Shown here: one piece after another, positions 26,059 through 39,017 of the stretch
How the letters are laid out: every line of letters starts with the position of its first letter
Position numbering within the stretch: position 1 is the stretch's first letter
Assembly: GCA_002633005.1 (NCBI GenBank)
Contig: NMRA01000680.1
Span: 145,095 to 209,094 of the forward strand
Direction of reading: 5' to 3'
DNA from: Phoronis australis
Lineage: Eukaryota > Animalia > Phoronida
DNA length: 64,000 nt
Program-made: the position numbers and the translations under genes
The notes under the pieces: model-generated
Told to the model about the DNA's origin: nothing
The model's database searches: none
The model's input: only the letters and a program-made list of their open reading frames with translations

Positions 26059-26453
26059 TATATTAGTCTGTGCTCCAGTACGATGTGGTTTTTGTAGATG
26101 AATCTCTAATTCTTGGTGATCCGATCATTAGTCCTAGTCAGTACTCGAAGTCTCGAGTTTTTAGTTCGAATATAGGTGTTAACTAAGTCTGAAGTTGAAC
26201 TTGACACTCAAATAACTAATCTATGAATACATTTGTATCAAAGAATGATTGGCAATGGCCTCAAGGTCGCCCAAAGGTAGCCTACATGCAGTACAGAAAA
26301 TGTTGTAAATGATTTCTAGTTCGAATTCGACTACAATGATCTAGCTTCTCTGGTTAATTTGAAGAGCTTGAACACGTTTCACCCTTTAAAATTCGTGACT
26401 CGTTCACTGGTGGTTTCTGTACATATTTTGATCAAAAGACGATGCCTTCTTCT

Positions 26454-27979
26454 ACAAGAGCAACGCGGAGCGTTGAAATGCGCCCACGAATGCATCGCAA
26501 ATGGTGTGCTTTTAGGGTTATTTATTTGCATCATAAAAATGGCCACTAGATGGCGCTAAAACGTACAATCCAGCCAAATATAGCTATGGATGCAAAACAA
26601 AACAACACAGAGCAACCACTAGGAGGCGACACAGTAGTCAGTCGCCATCATCAAGCGTTCTCTTCACACATTTAAGAACATTTCAATTTTCAAAACCATC
26701 CCTAGAAGGATTTGGTTGACCAGGGTTTGAAAACAGCAAAAATGGCCTCTAGGTGGCGCAACTTACCTAGATTTCATCCACAGACAGGAGCAAAGCGTCA
26801 TCTCTTCAATAGATGCCCACATTCAAAATTTTATGAAAATCTGTTTTGGACCTTTGAAGATACAGAGGTAAACGTAAACAACTAAAATTGACACTTGGGG
26901 GCACACGAGTGGTCAGATCCTCCGAAAGTCGTCGTTGTTCGTTGTCAACATCATATAAATACACTTGCTAAATCAAGTAAAGATCCTGCAAACGGTTTAG
27001 GAAATACAGCCATGAGCGCAAAAAAACTGCCAACAGGAGGCACTACAATAATCGATGTTGGAAAATCATCGTCATCCGTCCACTTCATAGTTAAAACATA
27101 CATGGCATTTTTCACAATTATCCTGAAAGCAGTTTGGTTGATAGACGAGTGGACGACAATCGAAAACAGTAAAAATGGCCACTAGGTGGCGCAAACTAGG
27201 TCGAATCCATCTGAAAATGGAGAGATAGCGTCACCTATTAACAGATGCCTGTATGCCAAATTTTATGAAAATACATTGAGGACCTTTGAAGAAAGAGAGG
27301 TAAACGTAAAAAAATAAAATTGCCACTAGATGGCACACCAGCAGTCAGATCTGTCTGATAGTTGTCATTCTGCGTTATTAACATCATATAAATGCACTTG
27401 CTGAATTTAGTAAAGATCCTGCAAATGGTTTAGGAGATACAGCCATAGGCGCAAAAATGCCACTAGGAGGCGCCACAGTAGTTGAAGTCGTCAGAAAACT
27501 ATCGTCAGCCGTCCACTTCATTGTAAGAACATACATGACAATTTTCGCAATCATCCTTTGAGCAGTTTGGTTGATGGAGGGATGGACGCCAGAAAACACA
27601 CTCGAAAGCAGTAAAATCGGCCACTATATAGGTGGAGCAAAATACATGTACGTCGAATCCATCCGAAAACGAAAGGATAGCGTCACCTCATAGATGCCTA
27701 TGTGCCAAATTTCATGAAAATCGGTTGAGGACGTTTCAAGATACAGAGGCAAACGTAAAAAATTAAAATTGCCACCAGGGGGCACAGCGGTATTTGGATC
27801 GGTACGAAACTCGTCGCCCTCTATCGTCAACCCCATAGGAACACACCAGCCAAATTTCAATAAGATCCTGCAAGGGGTTTAGGAGATACATCCGCGGACG
27901 CCGCACGCCTGACGCCCGGACGCCCAGACAGAGATGACGGCACTAAGCACCCACATATAAACATGTGGGCGCATAAAAA
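26454..27979 (-). mobile_element. Helentron-associated (HINE/DINE-1-like) element with internal ~430-450-bp tandem repeats
   Basis: Subterminal inverted atgcgcccac/gtgggcgcat; hairpins caacgcggagcgttg (26461) and cccacat..atgtggg (27950); GACG-type microsatellite (27895-27930); T-rich end; repeat anchors near 26849, 27281, 27730. Confidence 0.75.
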
Positions 27980-28175
27980 TTAGATCTCAGTACTTCCGAT
28001 AATCTAGATTTGGTCAAATTATTTGGCTGATCGACGGTCACTTTACAAGGTTGATGTATATGATTTTATCAAAAGAGATGAACTTTTCTAAAATCATATC
28101 AGTAGATCCAATCATTTTGATTCGGTCAGATTATTTGGTTAACGATCATTTAACAAGATATAAAAGAACAATTAC

Positions 28176-28709
28176 CGTTGTCGATGGCTCTCAATCTAAT
28201 CCACGCAGGTACGCCATCCTTCAGTCCCAAATTCTTAATAACAATATGTGTTTTTTCATTCGATTTGTGCACATAAGGCGAATATCCCCGCACGTTTACG
28301 TCGTACTTTGTGTGCCCAAGACCAAAATCAACTCTGGATACACCAGACAGGTGATCAGAGACATTGTAATAAAGGAACAGCGTATCGAACTCCTCATCGT
28401 AAAAGTAGCTGCCAACTGAGTGAACTTCCGGTTTTACAGTATCAATGACAACGGGTTTAGAGTGGCAGACTGTAGTTACAAGGGCTCCACCAAACACAAC
28501 GTTGTTAATTGCTTGCACGGTTACAAAGTATTGTCCATCTTTCAAATGCAACCCTGATGTCATGCCGTTGTGAGTCCAATATGAGCTATCTGAAAGGTGT
28601 TTGTGAGGGTCATCGTACGGACTGACGTCTTCTCCGCAAACTGACGTTCCAGCCGCCCACGTGTAACCCCAAATGCCTGTTTCTTTATCTTCAAACCCGT
28701 CCCAGTGAC
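28176..28709 (-). CDS. Giant gene exon (FN3-like repeats)
   Basis: cgacag/gtaatt; HWDGFEDKETGIWGYTWAAGT...LKDGQYFVTVQAIN...WIRLRAIDN; phase 1 to 1. Confidence 0.95.
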
Positions 28710-30227
28710 CTGTCGACCAAAAGACAATGAGTTTGATTAGTCAATAGAAGCCTTGGTTTAGAGATGTCAAAAAAAATTGAGAAGAAATGAAATTCAAGGA
28801 CGTACATGTAATATCGAATATTGCTCAAACGATACTTTTGAAAGTTACACATAGATTTAATTAAACGAATCAAATTGGGGAAAACAGATCTCATTGGTAG
28901 AACCATAGACTATAGTGCACACCGCTAATTACATTATTCTTTCAACGCACACGTTCTGCAATCTTGCGCACAACAATAGTGTAATTTCATTACTGGACAC
29001 GACGTCATTAATCACGCGGTTTCTAGTGTGATGGCACTTCCAGCAACTACATGTAAATACATGTACATGGTATGTTTACTGACGGGAAACGTAACCGAGA
29101 CTAGACGGTTCAGATCTTTGCTAGCCATAGAAATCGCGTCGAGTAACTTGGCCACGAAAGCTGCTCCCTCCAAACTAGTGCAATGGTAGTCTTTTGCATT
29201 TAGTGGACTTTTCATATTGGGGCTCTCTAGAGTAATGAGAGCAAGAGAGGCTGTTTGGTCACGACTCAGGTTTGGCGGAGCGAAATTCAATTACTACGTA
29301 CATGGCTGTTCGTTAATTGAAAGTCAGAGAAATAAGTCCCACTGGAAGACGCTCCTATTGTTTGACTAGCTTAGATGATTAATTTATGTTACACTGTATG
29401 TCAGATTTTAGTGTAGATCCTAGCATAATTCAGTGAACTCTACCCTGATAGCCGTCCGGCAGGTGAGTGAATTTCAATACTACTTGGCTTATTTAAAAGT
29501 CAGGTATCCCATGCTGATGTGAGCTGTGAAACAGAAACAAAATTATAATCTCATTGTCGGCGTATGTTGAGCCGATTTATCGCGTAACAAATGCGCAGAA
29601 CTGATGCGACACCTATGTCAAGCTGATTAACTTCCGAGAATACCACCTTAAAGCAACGGATTTTGTATCAGTTTAGATCGAACAGTTGCACTCGATAACT
29701 GCGAGTTAATTCCTGTTACCTGACACAAGTCAGCACTTTACAAGACGCTTACATGTACTTGTGTCAGCTCATTGCTTGACTTCGTCGTTTTACACCAAGA
29801 TATCGTCAAAGTTTGATTCAAAACCCTTCCAAATACATTGAGTTTCTAGGCAAACGAGATGTTTTATTTAGCTGTTACTGATTTTATTTGAACGTATCGC
29901 AGGTTGCAAAGTTCGGTGGACCTGTTTGGTGACAAATTTGAATTACTCTTCCGTAAAATACAGACAATAGGACACAGCTGTGTGTTGTAGTTTTAGACTT
30001 AGGATTTTTTCATTTCTAAGCACACATAACACAGTAGCTAAGAACCCGATCAGGCCGCTGAGGACTGGAGACATCACCTGCCGGGTTAGTCGGCTGCCAG
30101 AAAAAAGTTCCAGTCAAGAAAAGACTCGACTAGTGAACCAAAGAAATAAGGTGCGCGTGAATTGGCCACGAAATTGCAAATAAGGTTGCTCTTCCAGTGA
30201 ACCGCCAGGGCAAAAGTTACAATTCCA

Positions 30228-30313
30228 ATATATATAAGACATATACATATGCACATACATATACATAAATACATACATACGAAAAAACACACACACACAC
30301 ACACAAACACACA
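30228..30313. repeat. (TA)/(TACA)/(CA) microsatellite
   Basis: atatatat...catacatac...cacacacac. Confidence 0.85.
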
Positions 30314-31085
30314 CTACAGCTTTCTGTCTGCAGAATTCTGAATGAGCATGCGCTCACACGGCCTGGGTGCCCGCTCAATTAGAAGTGAACTTTAAGCTGT
30401 TAATGCAGTGTGATTTACTCATTGTTGGTTTCTTAAAACATTTGCATTCACGAACATGCGGATGGCATTACAAGTTGTATCCACTGAGACAGACTTTTAG
30501 TTACAAATTTACATGAACTTTTGTTAGGGGGACAATATTTGATTTTGAAATAGAACGCACTATAATAAAGGTCTATATGTACATGACTAGTTAAAATCAG
30601 ACACGGAGGTCTTTCACGCCCTCGTACTTGGTATTAACGACGAACTTTTCATTCTTTACTGCCACAATACATTTCCGAAGCATATGGGTTTTCAGACGAA
30701 ATAAAAAACGATATACCACTGACGTCGTTGCGTCGTGTACTCGTCTGTCTCTCAGGTTAACGCGACACTTGGCGAGGTAAACTCGACCGTATAGGAGGTG
30801 ATTTGGATATAGACCGATTAAGACGGTAGAACACGAATTAAATCGGGTGGCATTTACCGTTAAGAAAGTCAAGACGGACATGACCATGGCTATGTTTTCT
30901 GCTTGCACGAAGCCGAAAGCGCGCTGGATTCTGAAGCGAAGCTAACGAACCAAACTTTGAATCCATAACGGAAGAGAGCGGTGCCTCCTCTATAATTGCA
31001 TCGAAAAATATAGAAGTTGCTTGTCTATTGTCCATGATTTGCATGTATGGTAACATGACATACGCTTAAGGAGATATACATGTAC

Positions 31086-31180
31086 CTGAGATGTAGTTAT
31101 TGCTCATGGTGTACTCTAAATCGACTGTTTTCTCGTGACCATTCAAAATTGTGCTTGATCCAATTCCATCTTTTATGACA
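31086..31180 (-). CDS. Giant gene exon
   Basis: gtttcag/gtacat; VIKDGIGSSTILNGHEKTVDLEYTMSNNYIS; phase 2 to 1. Confidence 0.9.
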
Positions 31181-31405
31181 CTGAAACACGCCAAAATGAC
31201 CCCAGTCCAATTAAAGACGTTCAGGTGATGACAAAATTTTGATAACGAAGTTGCCTTCTGTATACGTGTGACTAACATCTGCAATGGGAGACTGGGAATA
31301 GAATGAAACACATATTTAGCACACACTCCCAGACTTTTTGTAATGATACTTTAACAGTGTTACCGATTCAATTGATAAAGTGAAAGGAGATGACTGATAT
31401 TACTC

Positions 31406-31565
31406 AGTGCTGTAGTGACAAGATTAGAGGTACTGTAAGTAGGCGCACAAAGCCCACCGTTTCACTTTGAGCACTAAACGTAACTTACAGCGCGTAGGCG
31501 CTACATGTTCAAATGCCAAAAGGTGATTGGCTGCTCCTACGTGCGCCTACGCCCACTACAGCACT
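31406..31565. mobile_element. Small MITE
   Basis: Perfect 12-bp inverted ends agtgctgtagtg/cactacagcact plus inner gtaggcgcac/gtgcgcctac. Confidence 0.65.
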
Positions 31566-31627
31566 AATTTTACTCATTCAGTCAAAGGTGTCGTACATGT
31601 ACTTCCCTCACTTATAAATCCTCTTAC

Positions 31628-32782
31628 CGGTGGTTTGGGTGCCATGTTAATTCCGTGCACCGTTGCGTAACTGACGCGTTACACCCATCATGTCGCAAGA
31701 TGTCCAGGCTTGCATTTGCAATGGGTCCAGGCTCAGGGGGAGTGAAGTCGACGACTGTGCCTTTCGACGACAAGTAACTCTCATAGCCTAATTCATTTGT
31801 GATATGAACATTAATGAAATACTCCTGGGAATGACTAAGTGGGAGGTCGTCGTACTCGAACATGTGACTATGACCAATAAGCCTTTGGTAATTGTGAAAA
31901 GCGCCGCTGTGTGTTAACTTGGAAAATTCGCCATCTATGGTGTTCTGCAAAAGACACTGTTCACTCTGGGGATTGTAATCGAAAGAAATACATTTTGTTT
32001 CAAATTTAATACATTCAGCCGCACATATCAGATCAGAAAATGCTTTAAAAGTACGAAATGCCTCCGAATCCAGCCTTCCACGCCTAGGGTAGCCAAAGTG
32101 TTTCAATTCGTTCGACATATCGTCGTTCTGTGTTATTGCTGATGGTTTGAACGGTTCCCAGTCTCTAATCGTGTTGCCAAATGGTCCCCGGCCAACGCCA
32201 ACAGCCTTGTACTGTATTGGCTCCAATGGAGAATCATCGTGTACGAACACGGTGGCACTTAATTTGTGGGGGTGACTTGAAAACTCGTACGAGGCATCCA
32301 CTCTTCCGTTTGGAAGCGTCATATCGTATGTCTTCAGTGAACACTGGGCAGTGCTTTCCAAACCCTGAGAATTCCTTACTTTGACAGTCCAATATAGTGG
32401 AATGCCGTGTTCCATCACCATCGGGATGACCACTGATGCTCCACCCATATCGGTCCAAGAAAGAATGTTTGTGCCGCCGACATGAGTGCCAATAGCAAAT
32501 CGCCTTTTAACGTCGCTAGTTTTATCAGATGCACTGACTTCTAACATGAAGGCGGGGTCTGTAGGTTCCCGGTTAGTCATTTGTGTTACTGTGCACCCGC
32601 GAATCTCTGGCGGTGCTGGGCACTTTTTTACCCGAGATTTGTCGAGAATAACTCTGTTGATGCTGGGGCAGGACAGGTCGAAGATTGTAATAGAAAACCT
32701 CGTTTTAAAGATGAAAAAGTTGAGCTCTAGATACGCAGACAGAACCAATCGAATGGGAATTAGCTCCAGGTGTATTTGAAAG
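31628..32782 (-). CDS. 1.15-kb exon: first FN3-like repeats and a PAN/apple domain
   Basis: ttttcag/gtaaga; CAAECIKFETKCISFDYNPQSEQCLL fits PAN C-x3-C...C-x-SF-x-Y...C-x-L; phase 2 to 2. Confidence 0.95.
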
Positions 32783-33021
32783 CTGAAAATACACGAATAC
32801 GTAATCTCACTTAAAGACTTTTTCTCCGAAAGTTCGTGTAGTCGTGTAGCTGTGGGGTTGTTGTAACAGTTTCTTATTTCTGCTTAACTAAGATACAAAT
32901 ATTTACCATGCAAATGAATCAATATGTTAAGTGTAAGGTACAAATAGTTTATCATCACTAGCCACGGTCTAGAATGTAGTTTATTGTAAACTACATGTAT
33001 TTTGAAGCAGTAAGAGCTCAC

Positions 33022-33179
33022 CGTGTATCGAGAGGAAACTTGTCGTATTTGAGAGTAACCGTAACTGGGAATTTTACAGTTAGAAGGTAACCAGTCAGTT
33101 CCATCCCTGCTTCTGCAATTATGATATTCAGGCTCACACGTCCCCACACTTTGGCTCCAACGGAAGGAGTGACCATACC
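33022..33179 (-). CDS. Giant gene exon (beta-rich region)
   Basis: tcacag/gtgagc; GMVTPSVGAKVWGRVSLNIIIAEAGMELTGYLLTVKFPV...KFPLDT; phase 0 to 2. Confidence 0.9.
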
Positions 33180-33837
33180 CTGTGATTGAAATTGGTAGAA
33201 CCTTAGGTTATTCAACCACCACGTGTAGCAAGAACTAAATGACAATGCCGCTTTAACTTCATCTACGCTAAACTAAAGTGAAATTGTATTCATCTACAGA
33301 TTGTAAATGTGAAAACAAACAATCTGTGTCAGAATAAATATTGATTATATAATTACTGGACTTAGTTACATTGAAGTTGCCCAAAATTTGTACATATGTA
33401 ACTTAAAAATCATGGGGTCAAACATATTTCTGGATACTTTTTGTGTAAACATGTGTTTAAAACCATGGGGACAAACGTCTTTACACCTACTTTGGAAGTT
33501 TACACGTTTACGTGCTCACATAGCCCCCATAATGCAGTGTTATTGCCCAGGACCACGTCACGATACTAAATATTGTTCAGATCGTTTTCGTCACAAAAAT
33601 CGTTCCTAAAAACCTTTGGCAATTCTCAACCTACTTCATATTATTCACAGCATCGCTATATGTTGTCTTTCTAATTCGACCAATACATTAATTGCAGAGA
33701 TACACTGTAAGGAATTAGCCTGCAAGTTCCATTTCAAAACAATCGTTTATTAGGCATCCCGAAGCATCCCAGGTCATCAAACACCACCTTCTAGTTACGG
33801 GTAGACGATCAAACTGTGTACGCATGTTTTTACTTAC

Positions 33838-33908
33838 GTGTGCGGTGTTACTTGCAAAACACGCTTTTAACTCGGCTGAAATACCCAGGACACCGCCAGC
33901 TCCAAATG
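33838..33908 (-). CDS. Giant gene exon
   Basis: ttctcaag/gtaagt; FGAGGVLGISAELKACFASNTAH; phase 1 to 0. Confidence 0.85.
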
Positions 33909-34104
33909 CTTGAGAAAACATAACGGCAAATCATGATACAACGTTTGGATACACCTTGTGACAAATGCTTGCTTTAAGCGGAGGGACATATAAGGTTCCG
34001 TGTATTTTTTGGCAGAAATATTTAGTTTTCTAACCTTAAATTTCACATATTTTCTATTAAGTTATATCTCTTTACAAAACATATGTGTAGGCCAAAAACA
34101 ATTG

Positions 34105-34175
34105 GAGGCAGGAACAGAGAGGTAGAGAGGGAAGGGAAGGAGCGAAGGGAAGTGGAGGAGGGAGGACGGAGAGAA
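34105..34175. repeat. GA-rich low-complexity tract
   Basis: gaggtagagagggaagggaaggagcgaagggaag. Confidence 0.6.
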
Positions 34176-35078
34176 TGCTCTACATGTACATTGACAGATG
34201 TTACAAAACGCTGTGGGTCATTAACAGACCGCCCTATGAACTGTTCATGCGACCTTCGCAAATTGGGAGAATTTACAATTTAAAAACGCTACTTTTAAAA
34301 AATGCCCTTATGGTTGCCCACTGAACCCATGTAGTATGAAATTATTTTCATTTAACTGAACCAGTTAAAAGAGCCACGTGACAGTCTCTTAAAACAAAAC
34401 ATCGATAAATATGATGACGTAAATTGCAGTAGGCTACTAGAAATGACGCCACCAGAAACAATTTCGATAACATAGAATGTGGTTATTGTAAACGGGCTAC
34501 GAAAACGGGACAAGTCATGAACAGGGTCGTACAATTTTAGAACCAGTTTGATGCCTATAAATCAGTAGAGATAAACCCGTCTAGTTCTCAAGCTGTAGGA
34601 TCCTCTAAGTGACTACAAAATAGGTTTCTACGTGTAGCTGTGCCCGCGTAACAAAATGGTAGTGTTCAAAATTAACTGTACAAACTTTAACAGACTGTCA
34701 AACTAAGATAAACAACCGCTCAAAATTAATTCGAAGTTTAGTCCAATTTGTGTCGTCACAAAATGGCGTTGAAACAGATTTTAGATAATGTGCGCACCCA
34801 GTGGAGGCTCTGGGGGGGGGGGCTCAAACGTGCCCCCATTTTGCAAAGTGGGCAAAAAGTTCCGTCTCAATTAAACAAAAAGTCCGGTGTGCGTATGTTA
34901 GATGTACATTTAGTCGCAGTTTTGTGCGCCAAAATGTGGCAAATGTTGTCGTTGACCTGTTTATTTGGAAAACTACTGAAATACTTATCTGCAGACAGGT
35001 TACACGTATGCATTTTTGCCAGTGAGGATTATTCAAGATCGACAGAAACGATCTTGTCATAGACAGATGACAACTTAC

Positions 35079-35244
35079 CAAATTTCAGTCCAACTGGTCC
35101 CAGCCAGAAAGTAAATGACGGTTCGTTCTTAAAAAAACTCAAATCCTTTTCTCGTGAAAAATCAAGAGCTGTCATACAGAAATCTTCTGTTGCAGGAAAT
35201 GCGTCCGATAAATTTTTTCTAAAAACATCAGGATTGGACATCAG
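35079..35244 (-). CDS. Giant gene exon
   Basis: tttgcag/gtaagt; LMSNPDVFRKNLSDAFPATEDFC...FTFWLGPVGLKF; phase 0 to 1. Confidence 0.9.
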
Positions 35245-36662
35245 CTGCAAAAATAAAGATTGGTTAATTATGAATCTAGAAAAGTACCCCAGACCTCCTG
35301 CTGTTTATATTTCTTTTCCACAGGAAAGTAGGTCGCAAGCAAGTCGCGGGGGTATCCATTGTTCACTTTGTTTTTTCTTTCTTAAAGTAAAAATAATGGC
35401 AATCAAAAATGATTTTTCGGTAACGGGCTGCTGTTCGGTACTATATCCATGCGACGTGTATTGTTATATCCATCAAAACATAGAAAAACAATGGAAGTGT
35501 CCTATAGGCGATAACCATGCGACGTGTTCCCTGAATTCGATGTTCCCAAACCTTAAGTCAACTTTACAACTCTTATTTATTGGGAGCGTTTATGTTGGGG
35601 TATGAACCCATGACACTTTTCAAGGAAGAGGAAGTGAGAGACAACCGTGGGGCACTTTTCAATGAACAAGGGGGAGCCAATTGCAAACTTGAAATGAGTT
35701 TCAACCAGGGAAGGCCCCGCTGTCCTTACCTAAGTAAGCTGAAGAAAGATGGGAGACAATTTAATCTTGACATGTCTTCCTGACAAAAACACAACAGGGC
35801 GATAAACTGATATTTAGTCTAAAAAGGCCATCGTCATGACGTCCCAAAATTTCGAATGAGCTCCATGGTTGAATTATTAGCCGAGTTACAATTACATTCT
35901 AGAAAAAGGCGGTTTTCTTAATGAAACAATGTAGCAGTACAGCAAAAACACACAAACTCTTCTTGGCGACGATAAAACTGTTGATGCAATTGACAAAAAA
36001 CTTTGCTCCTGTCGGGATCATGCCGACTAAATTATAACGGAGCAAGGCAACATCGAGTCCAAGAGGTATCAGCACGACGGAACACCTGCGCATTAAAACA
36101 GTACCATCATTTGTCATTTTCGTTCTCTTCACCGCAGGTATCCTCATCAACATCATTATCCATTATGCTCATAATCAAGCTTATCACCAGTATCTTCCAT
36201 GACTTCCATGTTGTTTTTGACATCATCATCACCATAACCGTCATTACCGTTATGTTTCGCCAACAGTCACTATCCAGAGTGCTTCCATTCTTGCTCAGAT
36301 TAGAAGGTGAGTCAAGGCAATGTTTGCCTGGCACATTGGAATTGATAAACGTCTATGCGCTATGAAATATTTACAGTTTTTTTCAAAATAGAACAAAAAC
36401 GTTCAAAGCTGTGTGAGCTAAGATAAAATGGGGGAAGTTCTCCTAAAGGACACTTTTCTCGGGCAATATTTGCACTTCAGTCATCTTTTTAAAATATCAA
36501 CTGTCTCATAATTTCGCCCAGAACACTGGGACAAGTGCAGCTCTTTATAAGGAGTTGCCCTTCAAGGTTCCAAACCGGCGAGGCAAATATGTAAGAAGCT
36601 GGATTTCCTGGCATATATTTCATCTCAGCAATAGGTAAAGCATATTTCGTACGTATACTCAC

Positions 36663-36805
36663 TGCTTCTAGAGTATCGGCTCTTAAATCGTTTAACAAAT
36701 CCAATAATGATTTTCTGTCACCCACGCCTGCTTCTAGGACGTTGTAGGCAAAATCTTCCAAATTCATGTTCAGCACTTGTTGTGATGCCCAGTCTGCTTT
36801 GGGGC
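36663..36805 (-). CDS. Giant gene exon
   Basis: tttgtag/gtgagt; PKADWASQQVLNMNLEDFAYNVLEAGVGDRKSLLDLLNDLRADTLEA; phase 1 to 0. Confidence 0.85.
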
Positions 36806-37521
36806 CTACAAAACAATAATTAAAATTCAACTGTTCGCTATAGCAAGTACAGCTGTACTTACATGTATCTGCTTTATCTAACATTTGGCAACGATTTAAC
36901 TTCATAATCGTCATTTGTGTTATTTTATATTTCAAATTAGCTGAAGTCAAGTGTACAATTCATGTATATTTTCCTTAGATCACAATGGTAAAGACATCTA
37001 TTATAGTTATAATTCATAAAAGAACTTTTGCACTGTCTTACATGTCTGCCTGTTCCCAAAGTTCATTGGACAAGATTAGTATTATATCTAGAGGCCGGGT
37101 CGCTGCCGAGTGATTCAGGTCTCACCTCCCTGACCAAACTCAAAGCACGTCAGTCAATGATCAAATGCCACATCCCTGTAGCGTTTCGGAGCGTACCGCA
37201 AAAAATCTCGATTTGGTTATGTATCGTGTACGGTCTCAGCAATTTCTCGTTTTCAAAAAGTCGTGACATTTCGAAAGGCTTTTCCCTTCACAATAGGAAC
37301 GAGCAGTCTAGTTTTCCCTTCCATAAAAACGCACTCTCATATTTCCAGATTGATAGATATCGCAGCAGTTAACAGTTTGGTGTTGGTTATTTTGTGTTAA
37401 CACCGTTGGTCTTAACATTATGTATCAATTCATAATTGAAGAAAAAATTATCCCTTAAAAGTTAATGGGTGACCTGATGCGACGGACAATTTTTCAACTA
37501 GATTAGTGTAAATATATTATT

Positions 37522-37610
37522 ACCACTACACTACCACAACACTTTCTCTACACTACCGCTGCCAATGTCACTGTCACCACCACCGCTGCCGCCACCACCA
37601 CTACAACTAA
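37522..37610. repeat. (CCA/CTA/CCG)n trinucleotide tract
   Basis: ccactacactaccac...ccaccaccgctgccgccaccaccacta. Confidence 0.65.
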
Positions 37611-37671
37611 AATCACAATGGCGTACTGTAGATACTTATTGTTTTCATTTTTGTGACACTCTTGGACTTAC

Positions 37672-37881
37672 CAGATACACAATAAGAACTGGTCTGCTTC
37701 GGAAAACGAATTCTGTCGAAGATCCTATGTACCTTAGCGCATGTAGGATAGTAAAGTGAACAAAGCTGGACATGAAGGGAAACGACGATGTCTTCCATAT
37801 TCAGTATTTCTATGGCACCTCGAGCTGTCATGTCACCAAAACCGCCAACAGGGAAGTCGAACTCTGATATGTGCACAAGAG
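37672..37881 (-). CDS. Giant gene exon
   Basis: tcaatag/gtaagt; LVHISEFDFPVGGFG...VSLHVQLCSLYYPTCAKVHRIFDRIRFPKQTSSYCVS; phase 1 to 1. Confidence 0.85.
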
Positions 37882-38498
37882 CTATTGAAAGACAAACATT
37901 GTTTCATACACAGCAAATTCTGTTGATGTTTTTATTTTTACGCATAAAGATTAGTACAACTAAAGTAAATGTAAGCTATAGTGACACAAATATAGCAAGT
38001 GATGTAAATAAGATGTTGTATAAATATTGCACTGTCTCTGTACACTTGTTGCATACCATCGTAAAACTCTGAATTTCTAATGAATTGCACCTCTTTGTAT
38101 CAAAACTCAGTTTAACACTTTAAGTAATCTTTTACTAAACAGCTATGAGAGGAAAGGAAAAGTTGCAGAGTTGGGCTTTCTCTGTCAGGCATCTAATCAA
38201 CGGCGGTTACTTCAGAGCCCATTTGTGTCAAATTTCATTAGCTTGCATACACATGAATATTTTCAAGGACTAAGTACAAAAGGCGAGTAGAGTCAACATT
38301 GGTGACAAACACAACACATAAAAGACCCAGCAGTGCATCGATGACCCTCAAGTACTCTATGCATGCAGCTGTTGGACACCTCTTTACTACCAAGGTCTGA
38401 CGTTGATTACCAATCGATATGAGACGTAGCACTCGATGATTTAAACAAGAATCCTTGCAAGTCAATAGTTACCAGGTTTGCTATGTAAGAGATGATTA

Positions 38499-38565
38499 CA
38501 TGGGCGGCGCATCACTGAAAAAGTGGAGGCTAAAGCCCCGCCACCCTATGTGGTGCACCGCCCAT
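38499..38565. mobile_element. ~65-bp mini-MITE
   Basis: catgggcggcgca...ggtgcaccgcccat inverted ends; related copies at 8408-8461 (reverse), 40308-40370 and 40377-40446. Confidence 0.7.
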
Positions 38566-39017
38566 AGACTGTATTGGTATAAGCACTGCGTGCGTTGATA
38601 ACCGTTAGTAGATACGTACATGTATCTGACTCCAATGATTGAACGTCTGTTCGCAGATCAGTAGACAGTGAGGAAGTTGTAGTTCATGATTGATTCGCAC
38701 GAATCAAGACAGGGCTACGTTGTTAACCATAATTTATAAAGAAATCTTAAATATTGAACGTTTACATTGACAGCTAACACATTATAATAGGTCATTTAAA
38801 TTCTGAATGTGTGTTGTGATGGCATGTGATGTTTTGCGAAAGACGAAAACGTGAATTTTCCAATGACATACAACTTGACATGATTAAATGAACAAACTAT
38901 ATAGACACATACTGTTACATTGACTTGTAGACTTTTAAAGTTTAGTTCTGAATTTAGTTATGTTTCGCCTGTATAACAGCAAGGAGTTGTTATGGCTGTT
39001 TCAAAAAAACCTTAGCG

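Noticed and set aside
26895-27860. ORFs 26895-27185, 27384-27599 and 27624-27860 with similar peptides
   Set aside because: Chance translations of the tandem repeat inside the HINE-like element
30597-31056. Possible L1/Tx1-like ORF2 3' remnant (VYLAKCR...LK..IVAVKNEKF)
   Set aside because: Similarity too weak to call without a search
35899-36365. Acidic/Met-rich ORFs (DNDVDEDTCGEENENDK)
   Set aside because: Derived from (CAT)n-like low complexity; flanking exons 36663 and 35244 already join in phase
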